DNA of 64,000 nucleotides, taken from Malacoraja senta (lineage: Eukaryota). The DNA is taken from positions 7,876,001 to 7,940,000 of the forward strand of contig CM075989.1 of the NCBI GenBank assembly GCA_038087875.1. The letters are read 5' to 3'. The position numbers and the translations under genes were made by a program. The notes below the pieces were generated by a model. That model had not been told where the DNA came from, did no database searches, and saw nothing but the letters and a program-made list of their open reading frames with translations. This document shows positions 14,032 to 26,364 of this stretch, one piece after another. The first letter of the stretch is position 1, and every line of letters starts with the position of its first letter.

Positions 14032-14489
14032 GTAAGCTTGAGTTATATTCAATGTTGAATATAGTCAGAGTGGAGAAAGGCCTTTCGACCAAGCTTGTCC
14101 ATGCTAACCAACATGTCCGATCTACACTGGTCACCTGTGTGTGTTTGCCCCATATCCCTCTAATGCTCTCCTATCCATGTACATGTCTAATTGTTTCTCA
14201 AACGTTGCAATAGTACCTACCTCAACTATCCCCTCTGGCAGCTCATTCCATATACCCACCATCCGTTGTGTAAAAAAAAGTTATCTCTCAGGTTCCCATT
14301 AAATCTTTCCCCCCCCTCACCTTAAAGTTGTACAAAAGTGCTGATGAATTAAATGCTTGCCGGGGCTCAGTTTGCTGTACTCTTGCATCACAGTCGGAGG
14401 TTGTGTGCTGATAACCTGCCCCAAGTTCAGGAGTGCCAAAGTCTCGCTTTATGCTCCAGTGCAGGTTTATCTTTCACGTGAGGGATTAA

Positions 14490-14620
14490 ACAAACACAGG
14501 TCACCTCGGTATTCTCAGCTGGACATAAAAGATTCCTTGGCACTATATCAAAGATGAGCAGGAGAAATCCTCTGCATGGGCAGTACATTTTCCTACATTG
14601 ATATCACTGGAAACAAATTT
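14490..14620 (+). mobile_element. Old DeuSINE-like (SacSINE/AmnSINE-related) remnant
   Basis: ctcagctggacataaaagattccttggcactatatcaaagatgagcaggag resembles the Deu domain as recalled. Confidence 0.5.
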
Positions 14621-16146
14621 CACATTTAGTTAGTGGTAGCTTGATATGTGCAATTTGGCCACTAGGTCCTTGCCGCACTACACTGACTGGCTGGAGGCCC
14701 ACTACAGCCTGGAGCTCGCCTCGATCGGGCACCGCTCGTAAGAACTAGAGCACAGACTGGACTTAGAAAATGGCGCCAAATCCTGGTGCCTCTTGCATGC
14801 AGGCTCAGTGAACAACTTATGTACACTTTGCTAATCTAGGATGTGCATGGCAAAACTTTGCTGGATTGTATGTAAGAAAATAATTTCACCGTGAATTTCA
14901 TTCACATATGTGATAATAAAGGCAGCATTGAACTATTGCATCGACCATAAACCAGGTTAGCACATTCTGAAAGGGATGCAGAAAGTACTGTAGAAATACA
15001 AATCTTTCTTGCTTCTTGTATCAATAAATTGGGAAAAGAAGCCACATGCCTTTACACAGCACACTTAATGGGGCAGAATTCTCACAAAAGGCATTGGGGA
15101 AAAATAGGTTGCGACAGTATGGTCCGAGAGAATGCAGGATGTACTTTGGCTCCATAACATGTGAACCCACTCACCCCCCCCCCCCCTCCCCCCCACACAC
15201 ATTCCCACAGCAAAGTGAGATGATTGATGACCCTATTTTTATTTTAATACACTTTATTCAAGTCTAGTGCTGTGTTGTAGTCAGCATTGGGTCAATAATG
15301 AACAAAGCAGTGTGCCCTGCGACATTTTTGCCAAAGAAACTGAATATAACATAAGCAACTAAAATGTTGGTTGTGGATGCAAGGAATTGCAGATAGTGGT
15401 TTACAAAAAGAGGCACAAAGTGCTGGAGTAAATCAGTGGGTCAGGCAGCATCGGCACAGACATGCCGCCTGACCCATTGAGTTACTCAGCGCTTTGTGTC
15501 AAATTTTGGATGGATACTTCACTTAAAAGAAGACCGCCCACAATACCGGCCAATTTAACATTCCTGCAAACTAAATACACACTGTAAATGCCCAAGATAT
15601 CTCCCAATTTAATTTTGTAACCTCATGGATGAGGATAATACTTGGCTTAATTCAGATTTGTAATACAATCGATGGGAAGGGCGGCAGTGGGAAATATTTC
15701 CGAGTTGAGAATCATCGTGGGGTGCACTCATTGCAGAGCGGTGCCAATGTGGTAGAACAGAACCGACAATGGAGAAGCTTGGAAACCTTGTTGAGTTCCT
15801 TCCCTCCACTGCTACTTCTGTTGCATTGAATCGCCGTGGCTGAGTGAAAGAGTCATACAGCACTGAAACAGGCCCTTCGGCCCAACTTGTACATGCTGAC
15901 CAAGATGCCCCATATAAAGTTTGTCCAATTTGTCCACGTTTGGCCTATATCCCTCCAGACCTTTCGTTTCCATGTACCCGTGCAAATGTCTTTTAATTGC
16001 TGTTATGGTACCTGCCTCAACTACTTCCTCTGGCAGCTTGTTCCATATTCCCATCACCTTCTGAGTGAAAAGGTTGCCCCTCGGGTTCCTATTAAATCTT
16101 CCCTTCGCAACATTAAATTGTCCCAAGTGTGTGTAGGATAGTGTTA

Positions 16147-16594
16147 AGGGCCTGTCCCATGGGCAGGCGATTCCAGGCGGTAAGCGCGGCGTAGCAGGAA
16201 GTGGGGACCGCGCGGGGGCCGCGGGGTCGGTCCCACGCAGATCGCCGGAGCCATATGTAGTTGGTCCCGACACCGCGCGGGGCTCAGAAAAACTGACACT
16301 GTCCAAAAATCCCGTGCGGCAACGGCCTGACGCCGCGAACCGTCTCGACGGAGTAGGCTAGCGCGATGACGTCATCACCCGACGCCTCACTCGCCGCATG
16401 CATTCGCATGCTCGTGGGACAGGCCGTAAGGTAAACACTCGGCCTCCGCGCGGCGACCGCTTCCGGTTAGGTTGCGCTTGCCGCATGCTCGTGGGACAGG
16501 CCGTACGGTGGCACCCGCGTGGCAGCCGCGCGGTCCCCACTTCCTGCTACGCCGCGCTTACCGCCTGGAATCGCCTGCCCGTGGGACAGGCCCT
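16147..16594. mobile_element. Palindromic MITE, PIF/Harbinger-like, GC-rich; inserted in a SINE tail
   Basis: Long terminal inverted repeats AGGGCCTGTCCCA... / ...TGGGACAGGCCCT; flanks TTA and TCA. Confidence 0.8.
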
Positions 16595-16912
16595 TCAGTG
16601 TGCGGGGATCGCTGGTTGGCTCGGACTCGGAGGGCCGAAAGGCCTGCTTATGCGCAGTATCTCTAAACTAAACTAAACTAAATCACACATATATCCAAAT
16701 ACTGTTAGATTCTGTTCCTCAGAACCTCCCCCAGTCACGTATCCACCACTGATGTTAGACTCACCAGCCTGCAGTTCCCTGGCTTGTCCTTGCTGTCCTT
16801 CCTAATTAACGGTACAGCATTTGCCACCCTCCGGTCTTCTGGAGCTTCTCATGTGGCTTCCAGAGCTCCCTCACATTGACCATTATTTTTGTGTTCTCTT
16901 TGCCTTGTCTAG

Positions 16913-17025
16913 ACCTGCGATTGATGAATCCTCCCTTCTTTCTTTGCGAGTTTTATCTCAATCGACCGACTCTCTGGACCACATAAAACCAGCAAGAGAA
17001 TCACTGGAGTCCCTGACGGATGAAG
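16913..17025 (+). CDS. AKAP13: AKAP13 exon
   Basis: gtctag|A CCT...GAA G|gtaag; PAIDESSLLSLRVLSQSTDSLDHIKPARESLESLTDE. Confidence 0.93.
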
Positions 17026-18365
17026 GTAAGGGGAGTGTTGAGTGAGGGTGGGGCCTGTGTGGGGCTTGCATTTTTAAACTGAAAAGACCTTTAATTCAGG
17101 TAACCCAAACACTCGAATGTGTTTGTGTAGTGGTGTGTGTGTGTACGTGGTGATGTGTGCGTGTGTAGTGTGTGTAGCAATGGTGCATTCACTAGAGTGT
17201 GTAGAATCCACCTTTACGTCATGTTAAGATACTTGGGTAGAAATTCACCCTGGGCTAGTACACATAATAATAATAATAATAGATTTTATTTATATAGCGC
17301 TTTTCAGGACTCAAAGTCGCTTTACAATTGAGAGTCAGGAATAAACAAAACAAAATAGAGCAGTAAGACAGAGGGGAGGGGAACATGGGACTAAGGGTAT
17401 GCAGAGGTGAAGAGATGGGTCTTGAGGCGGGACTGGAAGATGGTGAGGGACTCAGAATTTCGGACCGGTTGTGGGAGGGAATTCCAGAGCCTGGGAGCTG
17501 CCCTAGACATATATAGCCACATTATAGCTGTCATAAATGCGCTATTTATAATAGCATATATAATTTTATATATGTCTCTGCCTCTGCATCACTTCCTTGA
17601 TTCCGTTTGAATGAGACCATGTTCTCTCAAGGGGAGGGGAGTGTGAGTAGATTTGACTTGAACGCCTGGGACCAAGGGTGACTTTCACAAGACAACAGCA
17701 TCTCTCTATCATGAAGGTTATTACTGAATCCTCCCATATGTAGATGATCACTGGGTGCCCTCCGATCATTTTCTTCTTCTGTTTCAATGAGGGTCAATAA
17801 CCTTTTTATCCAGTTGAGATCCAAATGCTTGTAGACCACTGCTCAAAAATCTGAGCACGACTCCCCCACCCCCCACCCACCAAGCCCGCCCCAATCATCA
17901 AGGTCCACCAGGTACACACTGACCATCAATCACCCATTTGCACTAATCCCATTTTATTCTCCTCACATTCCCAACAACTCTCCCCCACCCCCCCCCCCCT
18001 CCACCCCATCTCTCGATTCAACCACTCCCTGCACTCTAGGAGTCATTAACATAGACCAGGTAACCTACGAGGTTTCCTCCCACAAGGGAGGAAACCGGAG
18101 CACGCGGAGGCAACTGGTCACAGGAAGAATGGGCAAACTCCATACGGACAGCACCCGAGGGCGGGATTGAACCGGGGTCTCCGGTGCTGTGAGGCAGCAG
18201 CTCGACCAACAGTGCGGCAGGTTGCTTGCCCCACCCACGCCATTTCACCACACAACCACTCCAAAACCCCTTCTCAATACACACCTAGTGTAGTGCACCG
18301 CAGTGTGTCTCACGGCTCACCAAAATCAGGCATTAGTGATGGTCTCGGAAGCATTATTGCCTGAT

Positions 18366-18650
18366 GTTTAGTTTAATTTAGAGACACAGCGTGGAAGCAG
18401 GCCCTTCAGCCCACACCGACCAATGATCACACGTACACTAGTTCTATCCTACACACTAGGGACAATTTACAGAAGCCAATTAACCTACAAACCCGCACGT
18501 CAGAGGGATTTGGGAGGAAACCGGAGCTCCTGTAGAAAACTCACGCAGGTGGCAGGGAGATAGTACAGACTCCATACAGACAGCACCCATAATCAGGATT
18601 GAACCTGGGTCTCAGACACTGTAAAGGCAGCAACTCTACCACTGTACCAC
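18366..18650 (-). mobile_element. HE1-like SINE (another copy adjacent at ~18040-18240)
   Basis: Same family, reverse orientation. Confidence 0.75.
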
Positions 18651-18659
18651 TCTAATGTG

Positions 18660-18930
18660 ATTGTGTAGTGGTGTGTGTGTGTACGTGGTGATGTGTGTGT
18701 GTGTGTAGTGATGTGTGTGTGTGTAGTGATGTGTGTGTGTGTGTAGTGATGTGTGTGTGTAGTTGTGTGTGTGATGGTGTATGTGTGTGTAGTAGGGGGT
18801 GTGGGTGTGTGTAGCGGGGTGTATGTGTGTGTAGTGGTGTGTGTGTAGTGGTGTGTGTGTAGTGGTGTGTGTGCGTGTAGTGGTGTGTGTTTGAAGGGGT
18901 GTGTGTGTGTGCGTGTGATGGTGTGTAGTT
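18660..18930. repeat. Imperfect (GT)n / GTAGTG simple repeat
   Basis: Direct reading. Confidence 0.95.
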
Positions 18931-18994
18931 ACAGTAAGTGCTGGACATTGGTGTTTATTGTCAGACTCTGCACATGTGTTCCACATCCCCACAG

Positions 18995-19141
18995 GTACTG
19001 ATGTCATGGACGGACAGCTGATGGGCGAGTTTGAGTTGGATGCCAAGGAGCTGGAAGCGGACTCCTGGAGCCTGGTGGTGGACAACAAGTTTGTGCGGCA
19101 ACAGAAAAAAGATGTAATCAAACGACAGGACGTTATCTATG
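18995..19141 (+). CDS. AKAP13: AKAP13 exon, pre-DH / start of DH domain
   Basis: ccacag|GT ACT...TAT G|gtaaat; TDVMDGQLMGEFELDAKELEADSWSLVVDNKFVRQQKKDVIKRQDVIY. Confidence 0.96.
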
Positions 19142-19399
19142 GTAAATGTTATATTGGTTCCTATACTAAACAATGTCACTTTGCACTGTAAAAATCTGTA
19201 GCTGCAGAAAAGTTAATCTGCTTACATTTCTGAATTAAATAGTGCTTCAAAAATTTGGGATAAAACAATATCTTCTAAAGGGATGTTGAGAGTGAATATA
19301 GGTCTGAGGCAAGGTGGGGAAATAGGACTGGTTGCACAGGGATATATAACGTATTGGCTGGTAGGTCCATTATGTGTATTTGTGTGCTTGTCTCCTCAG

Positions 19400-19650
19400 A
19401 GTTGATGCAGACAGAAATGCACCACTTCCGGACGTTGAAGATCATGTCTGACGTCTACAGCAAAGGGATGTCCAAGGAGATGCAGTTTGAGACCTCCACG
19501 GTGGACCGCATCTTCCCCAGCCTGGAGGATCTCATCGACATTCACACTCAGTTCTTCACTCGTATTCTGGAGAGAAAGAAAGAGTCCCTGGTGGAAAACA
19601 GTGACCGGAGTTTCATCATTAAACAGATCGGGGATATTTTGGTGAATCAG
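19400..19650 (+). CDS. AKAP13: AKAP13 exon, DH (RhoGEF) domain
   Basis: cctcag|AG TTG...AAT CAG|gtcagt; ELMQTEMHHFRTLKIMSDVYS...IGDILVNQ. Confidence 0.97.
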
Positions 19651-20374
19651 GTCAGTAAGACACACCCACCCTATAACACCATCAATTTATTTGTTGTGAA
19701 AATACATTGTCATACATCGCAGAAATGGACCAATTGGTGAAAATCCATTATACCAATCCTACATTAATCCAATTAAAATTTCCCCACATTCCCATCATGA
19801 GGGGGATAGCTAGGGTGAATGCAGTATTTTACCCAGACTTAGGTGAGAGGGGAAAGATTTAATAGGAAGCTGAGGGGCAACCTTTTCACACAGAGGGTGG
19901 TGGGTGTATGGAGTGAGGAGATAGTTGAGCCAGGTACTATAACAACATTTAAAAGATATTTAGACAGTACATGGATAGGAAAGATTTAGAGGGATATGGG
20001 CCAAAGGTGAGCTGGTGGGACGAGCGTTCATGAGACGTCTTGGCCAGCATGGGCAAGTTGAGTCAAAGGGCCTGATTCCTTGCTGTAAGACTCTATGACA
20101 CTCTCTAGTTTCTTCAACCGCTTGTGACGGGAGCAGTTGTATCTCCACGTGTGGCTCTCTTGCCTCAGATAGAAACCTGAGCATTTATGTCCCACCTCAA
20201 GCACTGAAATCTAGGCTAACACTTGCAGTACAGTATTCGGCAATATCGAGTTGGTGCTTGATCCTTGCTAGATGTGACTAGTGTAGCTGGTGCATCTTGG
20301 TCTGCATGGACAAGTTGGGCCAAAGGGCCTGTTTCAATGCTGCTCTATTCTCATCGTCTCCGCATTCACTTACA

Positions 20375-20745
20375 CATATAGAGTTGTATAAAATCATAAG
20401 AGGAATAGATCAGGTAGATACACAGAGTCTGTTGCCCAGAGCAGATGAATCGAGGACCAGAGGACATAGGTTTAAGGTGAAGGGGAAAAAATTTAATAGG
20501 AATCTGAGGGGTAATGTTTTTACTCAAAGGGTGGTGGGTGTATGGACAAGCTGCCAGAGGAGGCAGTTGAGGCAGGAACTATCTCATCGTTTAAGAAAGA
20601 GTTAAATAGGTACATGGATAGGACCAGTTTGGAGAGATATGGTCCAAACTCAGGCAGGTGGGACTAGTGTAAATGTAGGACATGTTGGCTGATGTGGGCT
20701 AGTTGGGACAAAGGGCCTGTTTCCAGGCTGTATGACTCTATGACT
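20375..20745 (+). mobile_element. CR1-type (HER1-like) LINE 3' end
   Basis: IELYKIIRGIDQVD...RTRGHRFKVKGKKFNRNLRGNVFTQRVVGVW; tail gggcctgtttcc...tatgactctatgact. Confidence 0.8.
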
Positions 20746-21797
20746 AAGGGTAACTCACGGTAGCTGAGTAACCTACCAACCTGGAGAATGAGTGTAAATG
20801 TCACTTGAAGAGCCACATGGCCTAACACAACACAGTGCCAGCACCCTGAGATCTCCATCCCATCTCTGTTCTTATTTCCTGCTTTCTGCTCCAGCATTTC
20901 TCAGGCTGTGTTTAGACCAGGCCCTGTGCCACTCTCGTTTTCCGTGGTTGCAGCAATTTAAGTCTCATATAAACTTCAAAGCAAGCAGCCCTCCATGACA
21001 AAAGCTTTGCGATTTCAAAGTTTGCCATAAACACAAAGAATATTAACAGGTTGTTTTGTAAAGCAAACATTTGTTTCCAGATGGAGATTGATATCTTAAC
21101 TTTAATTGGTAACATTATGGGTCAAAGACAGGTAAATGTGGTTGAGGTGCATGCTACATTTGTGGAACTGATTCAAAGGCCAGAACAACCTACTCCTGCT
21201 CCACGAGATACAGTCCACTCCGTCCTTTGTTCCCTCCTGCCCCAGTCCCCACCGCTATCCCAATCTAGTTTTTTTTCCGCAGCACGCAAAAGAGTTGCCA
21301 CGATTCTGGTGCAAATAATGTAATGGAAGTAGTCATTATAGTCATGTTGTTGTTTGTTCTCGGCGTCTCGCCCCTCTTTGTTTCTCTCGGTATCCCCTCC
21401 CCACCGGGTCCCTCTTTGTTCTTGGCTGTGAGGCCCCACCACCTCTCCTTGGCCCAACCACCTCTCCACGGAAATGTAATCTCTATTAGGGGTGCATTAG
21501 TCCCTGCTTTGGTGAATGAGTGAGAGAAGTGCATGTGCGTAATACTTGGCTAAGTGTATTAACAGTCAAATTCTTATAGCCTATATTTTTTAGCTGAAGC
21601 TTGCATCTTTCAGGCAAGCGAGGTGCATAGAGTAGGTCTTCCTCTTGTTACTGTAATTGTGACCTTTTCTTTGATGCCCATTAAATTCAGTTGTTCTGGA
21701 CGAGATTTGTCTAAATGGATTAAGAAGACTTAATTTAATTCCAAAAGGGGCCAGCCACTTTCTTCCCTAACCTGTACCCTGGTGTTTTATTTGACAG

Positions 21798-21923
21798 TTC
21801 TCGGGATCCAGCGCCGAGCGATTGAAGAAGACCTATGGGAAGTTCTGCGGCCAGCACAACGATGCGGTGAACTTCTACAAGGAGCTGTTGGCGCGGGAGA
21901 AGAAGTTCCAGGCTTTTGTCCGG
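21798..21923 (+). CDS. AKAP13: AKAP13 exon, DH domain
   Basis: tgacag|TTC...GTC CGG|gtgtgt; FSGSSAERLKKTYGKFCGQHNDAVNFYKELLAREKKFQAFVR. Confidence 0.96.
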
Positions 21924-21964
21924 GTGTGTGCAGATTCCACTCAAAACAGTGGCTGACTGACATA

Positions 21965-22430
21965 ATAACCATTTTAACTCCCCCTCCCATTCCCACACTG
22001 ACCTTTCTGTCCTAACCTCCCCCATTGCCAGAGTGAGGCCACACACACGTTGGTGGAACAGCACATGCTATTTTGCTTCGGTCGTTTCCAACCCAGCAGT
22101 ATGAACGTTGAATTCCATTATTTTAGGTAACTTCTACAAATAATCCCGTTTTCCCCACCCCTCCCTCCAATACAAGTCGGTTAACCAGTTCCTCAGCTCG
22201 CCTCAATGTATCCCGCTCGGGATCACACCATCCCAAGCCAACAATTGGCCTATCGGGGAACCATCCTGCCTGATGTCATCTGTTGCTGGCCCTGAATTGT
22301 CATGGGTTTTTTCTTGCATCCTCTTCCCTACAATAAGTCCGAAGAAGGGTCCCAACCCGAAACGTCACCTATCCATGTCCTCAAGAGATGCTGCCTGACC
22401 CATAGAGTTACACCAGCGTTTTTGTGTTTA
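21965..22430 (+). mobile_element. Degenerate Penelope-like 3' fragment
   Basis: Homologous to 39215-39378 (HFNSPSHSHTDLSVL...), followed by a ccgaagaagggtcccaacccgaaacgtc core at ~22339. Confidence 0.75.
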
Positions 22431-22508
22431 TATCTCTTGACTGTTTGAAATCTGCCGACATGGATCCTCGCTCTAAAGTGTCTTATTTTTTTTTCTTCTC
22501 CTTTTCAG

Positions 22509-22626
22509 AAAAAAATGTCTAGTCCCATAGTTCGAAGATTAGGGATCCAGGAATGTATATTACTGGTTACCCAAAGGATTACCAAGTATCCGGTGATTGT
22601 CCAGAGAATCATCCATCTTACCAAAG
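22509..22626 (+). CDS. AKAP13: AKAP13 exon, DH domain
   Basis: tttcag|AAA...AAA G|gtaagc; [39 protein letters not shown]. Confidence 0.97.
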
Positions 22627-23306
22627 GTAAGCAGTGAGTCGTGGAGTCACACAGTACAGAAACACAACATCAACCCACCGTGTCCATTCCCACCGTCAAG
22701 TGCCCACTTATTCTCCCAGATGCTACTTATTCTCCCAAATGACCCACTGAGTTCCTCCAGCAGCTCTCTCTTTTTCCTAGAGATTCCAGCTTTTACAATC
22801 TCTTAAGCACCCATCTGTACTCATGCCAATACCAGCACTTAATCCATTGCCTTCTAGGTTTCATTGATTGAAAGATGCAGCATGGTAATGGGCCCTGCAG
22901 CCCACCCATCGATTACCTGTTCACATGAGTTGAATGTGATCCCACTTTCTCATCCACTCCCTACACACTTGGCACAATTTACAATCGACCTACAAACCTC
23001 CGCGCATCTTTGGGATGTGGGTGGAAACCGGAGGAAACCCACATGGTCTCAGGGAGAACGTGCAAACTCCACACAGACGCGGAAACCGGGTCCCTGGCAC
23101 GGTGAGGCAGCGTTTCTACCAGCCGCACCACCATGCCGCCCAATGTGCTGGCAATTCAAATGCTTCCCTAGATACTTGCTGAATGTTGTGAGAGTACCAG
23201 CCCTCACCACCCCATCAGACAGTGCGTTACAGACTCCACCCACCAGCTGGGTGGAGAATAAAATCTTCTTCCGAACCCCTCTAAACCTCCCATCACCCAA
23301 CCTGAT

Positions 23307-23600
23307 GGGGCGGCACAGTGGCGCAGCGGTAGACGGGCTAAATACAGCACCAGAGATCCAGGTTCGATCCTGACTCCAGGTGCTGTCTGTACGGTGTTTG
23401 AACGTTCTCCCTGTGACCGCGTCCAGTTTCCTTCCGCATTCCAAAGACGTAAAGGTTGTAGGTTAATTGGCTTCAGTAAGAATTGTAAAGTTGTCCCTAG
23501 TGTGTAGGATATTACTGGTGTACGGAGATCGCTGGTCGGTGTGGACTCGGTGGGCTGAAGGGCCTGTGTTTACACTGTATCTCTAAAACTAAAAAAAAAC
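23307..23600 (+). mobile_element. HE1-like SINE (oppositely oriented copy at ~22865-23140)
   Basis: gggcggcacagtggcgcagcggtag...ggttcgatcc...ctaaaactaaa. Confidence 0.8.
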
Positions 23601-24286
23601 TGAATCTAAGCCCCCTAGAGTAGTCATAGTCATACAGCGTGAAAACAGGCCCTTCTGCCCAACTTGCCAAGCCGACCAACATACCCCATCCACACTAGTC
23701 CCACCTGCTTGAGTTTGGTCCATATCCCTCTAAACGTTGAACACGCATCTACACCCCATTTCTACGTTTAGACACCTGGGGAAAAGTTTCCATCTATCTA
23801 CTCTATGTGCCCCACATCATTTTGGATAAGGCTATCAGATTCCCCCTCAGCCCCCTGTGCTCCAAGGAACCAAGTCCCAGCGCACTGATCCTCTCCTCAG
23901 AATTGAAATGCTCCATCCCAAGCAACATCTTAGTGAATCTCCTCTGAATCTCGCCCGGTCTGTGACATTGGCTTTTCATTTCCTGAGATTGTGGCAATTT
24001 GCAGCTTTGCCAGGTGGCTATTTGTCCCACCTCATCAATGTCATGTGTACAGGGTACTGTTTAAGCCAACCCTGTTTCTCAACTCTTGATCCAAAGTCCC
24101 TCAGTACAAGGTACTTTTCAAAATTGAGGTAGAGATTCTGTCTCCTCCATTCCAACAGATGGAAATCTCCAGTTCTCCCTCTCTCCCACCCCCTCCATCC
24201 CACTCTCTGGATGAGAAACCGCTGGCGTGTTTCTGATTACAATGTCTAATTCTCCGCTCTGATTCTCCGCTAATTACTCTTTGCAG

Positions 24287-24535
24287 AAAACGAAGATGAT
24301 TACACTGACCTCACCAAGGCGCTGGTGATGATTAAAGAGGTGGTTGCAGCAGTGGACCATAAAGTGAATGAATGTGAGAAGAAGACGAGACTGCAGGAGA
24401 TCCACAGCAGGACTGAGACCAAAGCCATCATGAGACTGAAGAGTGGCCAGATGTTTGCAAAGGAAGACTTGATACGGAGAAAGCTGGTGCATGATGGACC
24501 TGTCACGCTGAAAACAGCGGCAGGAAGACTAAAGG
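24287..24535 (+). CDS. AKAP13: AKAP13 exon, end of DH / start of PH domain
   Basis: ttgcag|AA AAC...AAG G|gtacat; ENEDDYTDLTKALVMIKEVVAAVD...SGQMFAKEDLIRRKLVHDGPVTLKTAAGRLK. Confidence 0.96.
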
Positions 24536-25506
24536 GTACATCATCCTCCCTTCCATCAATGAAGCACAGTGCCCAATGGGTGCTGGTTAGGTCACACGAA
24601 GGCCCATGACTAATGGCACTCTCTTGATTGAGGACCACACTCTGCATGGCTAATTGCAGATTAATCCACCCACATCACAGTGAAGGAGGGGGTGGATTCA
24701 ACTTGTTCCTACCAAGTGCTTGGGGAATGGATTAGCAATATAAGCTGGTGATCTCCATATTACTTGCTTTCCAATGGTTTAGGGCTGGGCAATAAATACC
24801 AGTATTTTATGCGGAGCAGACTTTTGACCTGCAAACCTATTATGCAATGATAACTTTGGCAAATTTCTAGTTTGAGTAACCCAAGAATTCTCATGCTGAT
24901 ATGAACCCTACAAATCCTTTCATGGAATGCATCATTGCTTCTTGTTCATCTTTGTCAGTCTTACATGCACACTGATCTTACATTCCTTGTGGGATTGTAG
25001 CTGATCTGTCTGGCAACAAAGACGCAATCTACTCCCCACAACAGGCGAATATATATATATATAGACACAACATGCTGGAGTAACGCAACGGGTCAGGCAG
25101 CATCTCTGGAGTAAAGGAATAGGTGACGTTTCAGGTCACGACCCATCATCAGACCCAAAACTTTACCTATTCCTTTTCTCCAGAGGTGCTGCCCGACCCG
25201 ATGTGTTACTCCAGCATTTGGTGTCTATCTTCAGTATAAACCAGCATCTGCAATTCCTTATACAGGCAAATATAGATGTAGTTTCCCCATGGTTTACTGT
25301 GGAGATCTGGAACAGGTTTCCAAATGATTGATTTTGAGAGAGAATAGCCCGATAATTCATCTTTCCGTAATTTCCCTCTCCCAAGATTTGTATTCTCACT
25401 CTACTCAATGTAGTCTGGCTGTTGAAGTGCCACTGAAGATTAGTGCTGGTGGGAGCAACTGTGTTCACACTCCCTGTATGTTAACCACCTACTCCTTGCC
25501 TTCCAG

Positions 25507-25583
25507 AGGTCCACGCAGTTCTGCTGTCCGACATGCTTGTGTTTCTTCAAGAGAAGGACCAGAAGTATACTTTTGCTTCGTTG
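25507..25583 (+). CDS. AKAP13: AKAP13 exon, PH domain
   Basis: ttccag|AG GTC...TCG TTG|gtaagt; EVHAVLLSDMLVFLQEKDQKYTFASL. Confidence 0.96.
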
Positions 25584-25621
25584 GTAAGTTAGAATTTAAT
25601 TGATAACTTTCATTGGTCTTA

Positions 25622-25803
25622 AGGGCCTGTGTCCCACTTGGGCGTAATTTACGTGACATCATTTACACGTCACGACGCATTACGCGGGCATGGTGCGTGG
25701 TGACGTAGGCAGTGACGCGCGACGCCCCGGGATTTTGGGATGTACAAAATCTTCGCGCGCCATCTGCGTGACGCGCAAATGACGCCCAAGTGGGACAGGC
25801 CCT
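25622..25803. mobile_element. MITE, PIF/Harbinger-like
   Basis: AGGGCCTG(TG)TCCCACTTGGGCG ... CGCCCAAGTGGGACAGGCCCT; flanks TTA and TTG. Confidence 0.75.
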
Positions 25804-26364
25804 TTGCTCACCTCCACATCACTCCTGTGGTACCGATTACACACTGCACCCCTTTCAGAATATCCCCAAGCTTTTTGCCAGTGATATATTTGGAGAAGGG
25901 TAAACATCTAGGTGAACTGTGCGAGGGTGAAGAGAGTTTAGTATCACAATCAGGGTGATAGAACGGATCTGCCTCACCAGTTCAACTCCCTGACGGGCCA
26001 CAGTGGCTGCTGTTTTATTACAGGGAGCAGAGACAATTTATGAAGACACGGCTCCTGCAAGCAGCAAGCTAGCAATAACCAGCCCATCTGTTTCTCTGAG
26101 GTTAATTGAAGGACAAATAGTGACTGGAGGAGCCAACCCTGTCCCAACCCTGTTGCAAAACAGTGTCTGGACACACTTAGAGAGTGCATGGATTGTTTAG
26201 GTTAGAGATATAGCGTGGAAACCGGCGTTTTGGCCCACCTACTCCCCGCCGTCCAGCGATCCCTACCCACTAACGCTATCCCACACACACTAGGGACAAT
26301 TTACAATTATACCAAGCCAATTAACCTAGAAACCTGTACGTTATTAGGAGTATTGCGATATTAG

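Noticed and set aside
18636..19121. HT-rich minus-strand ORF
   Set aside because: Simple repeat plus antisense of a real exon
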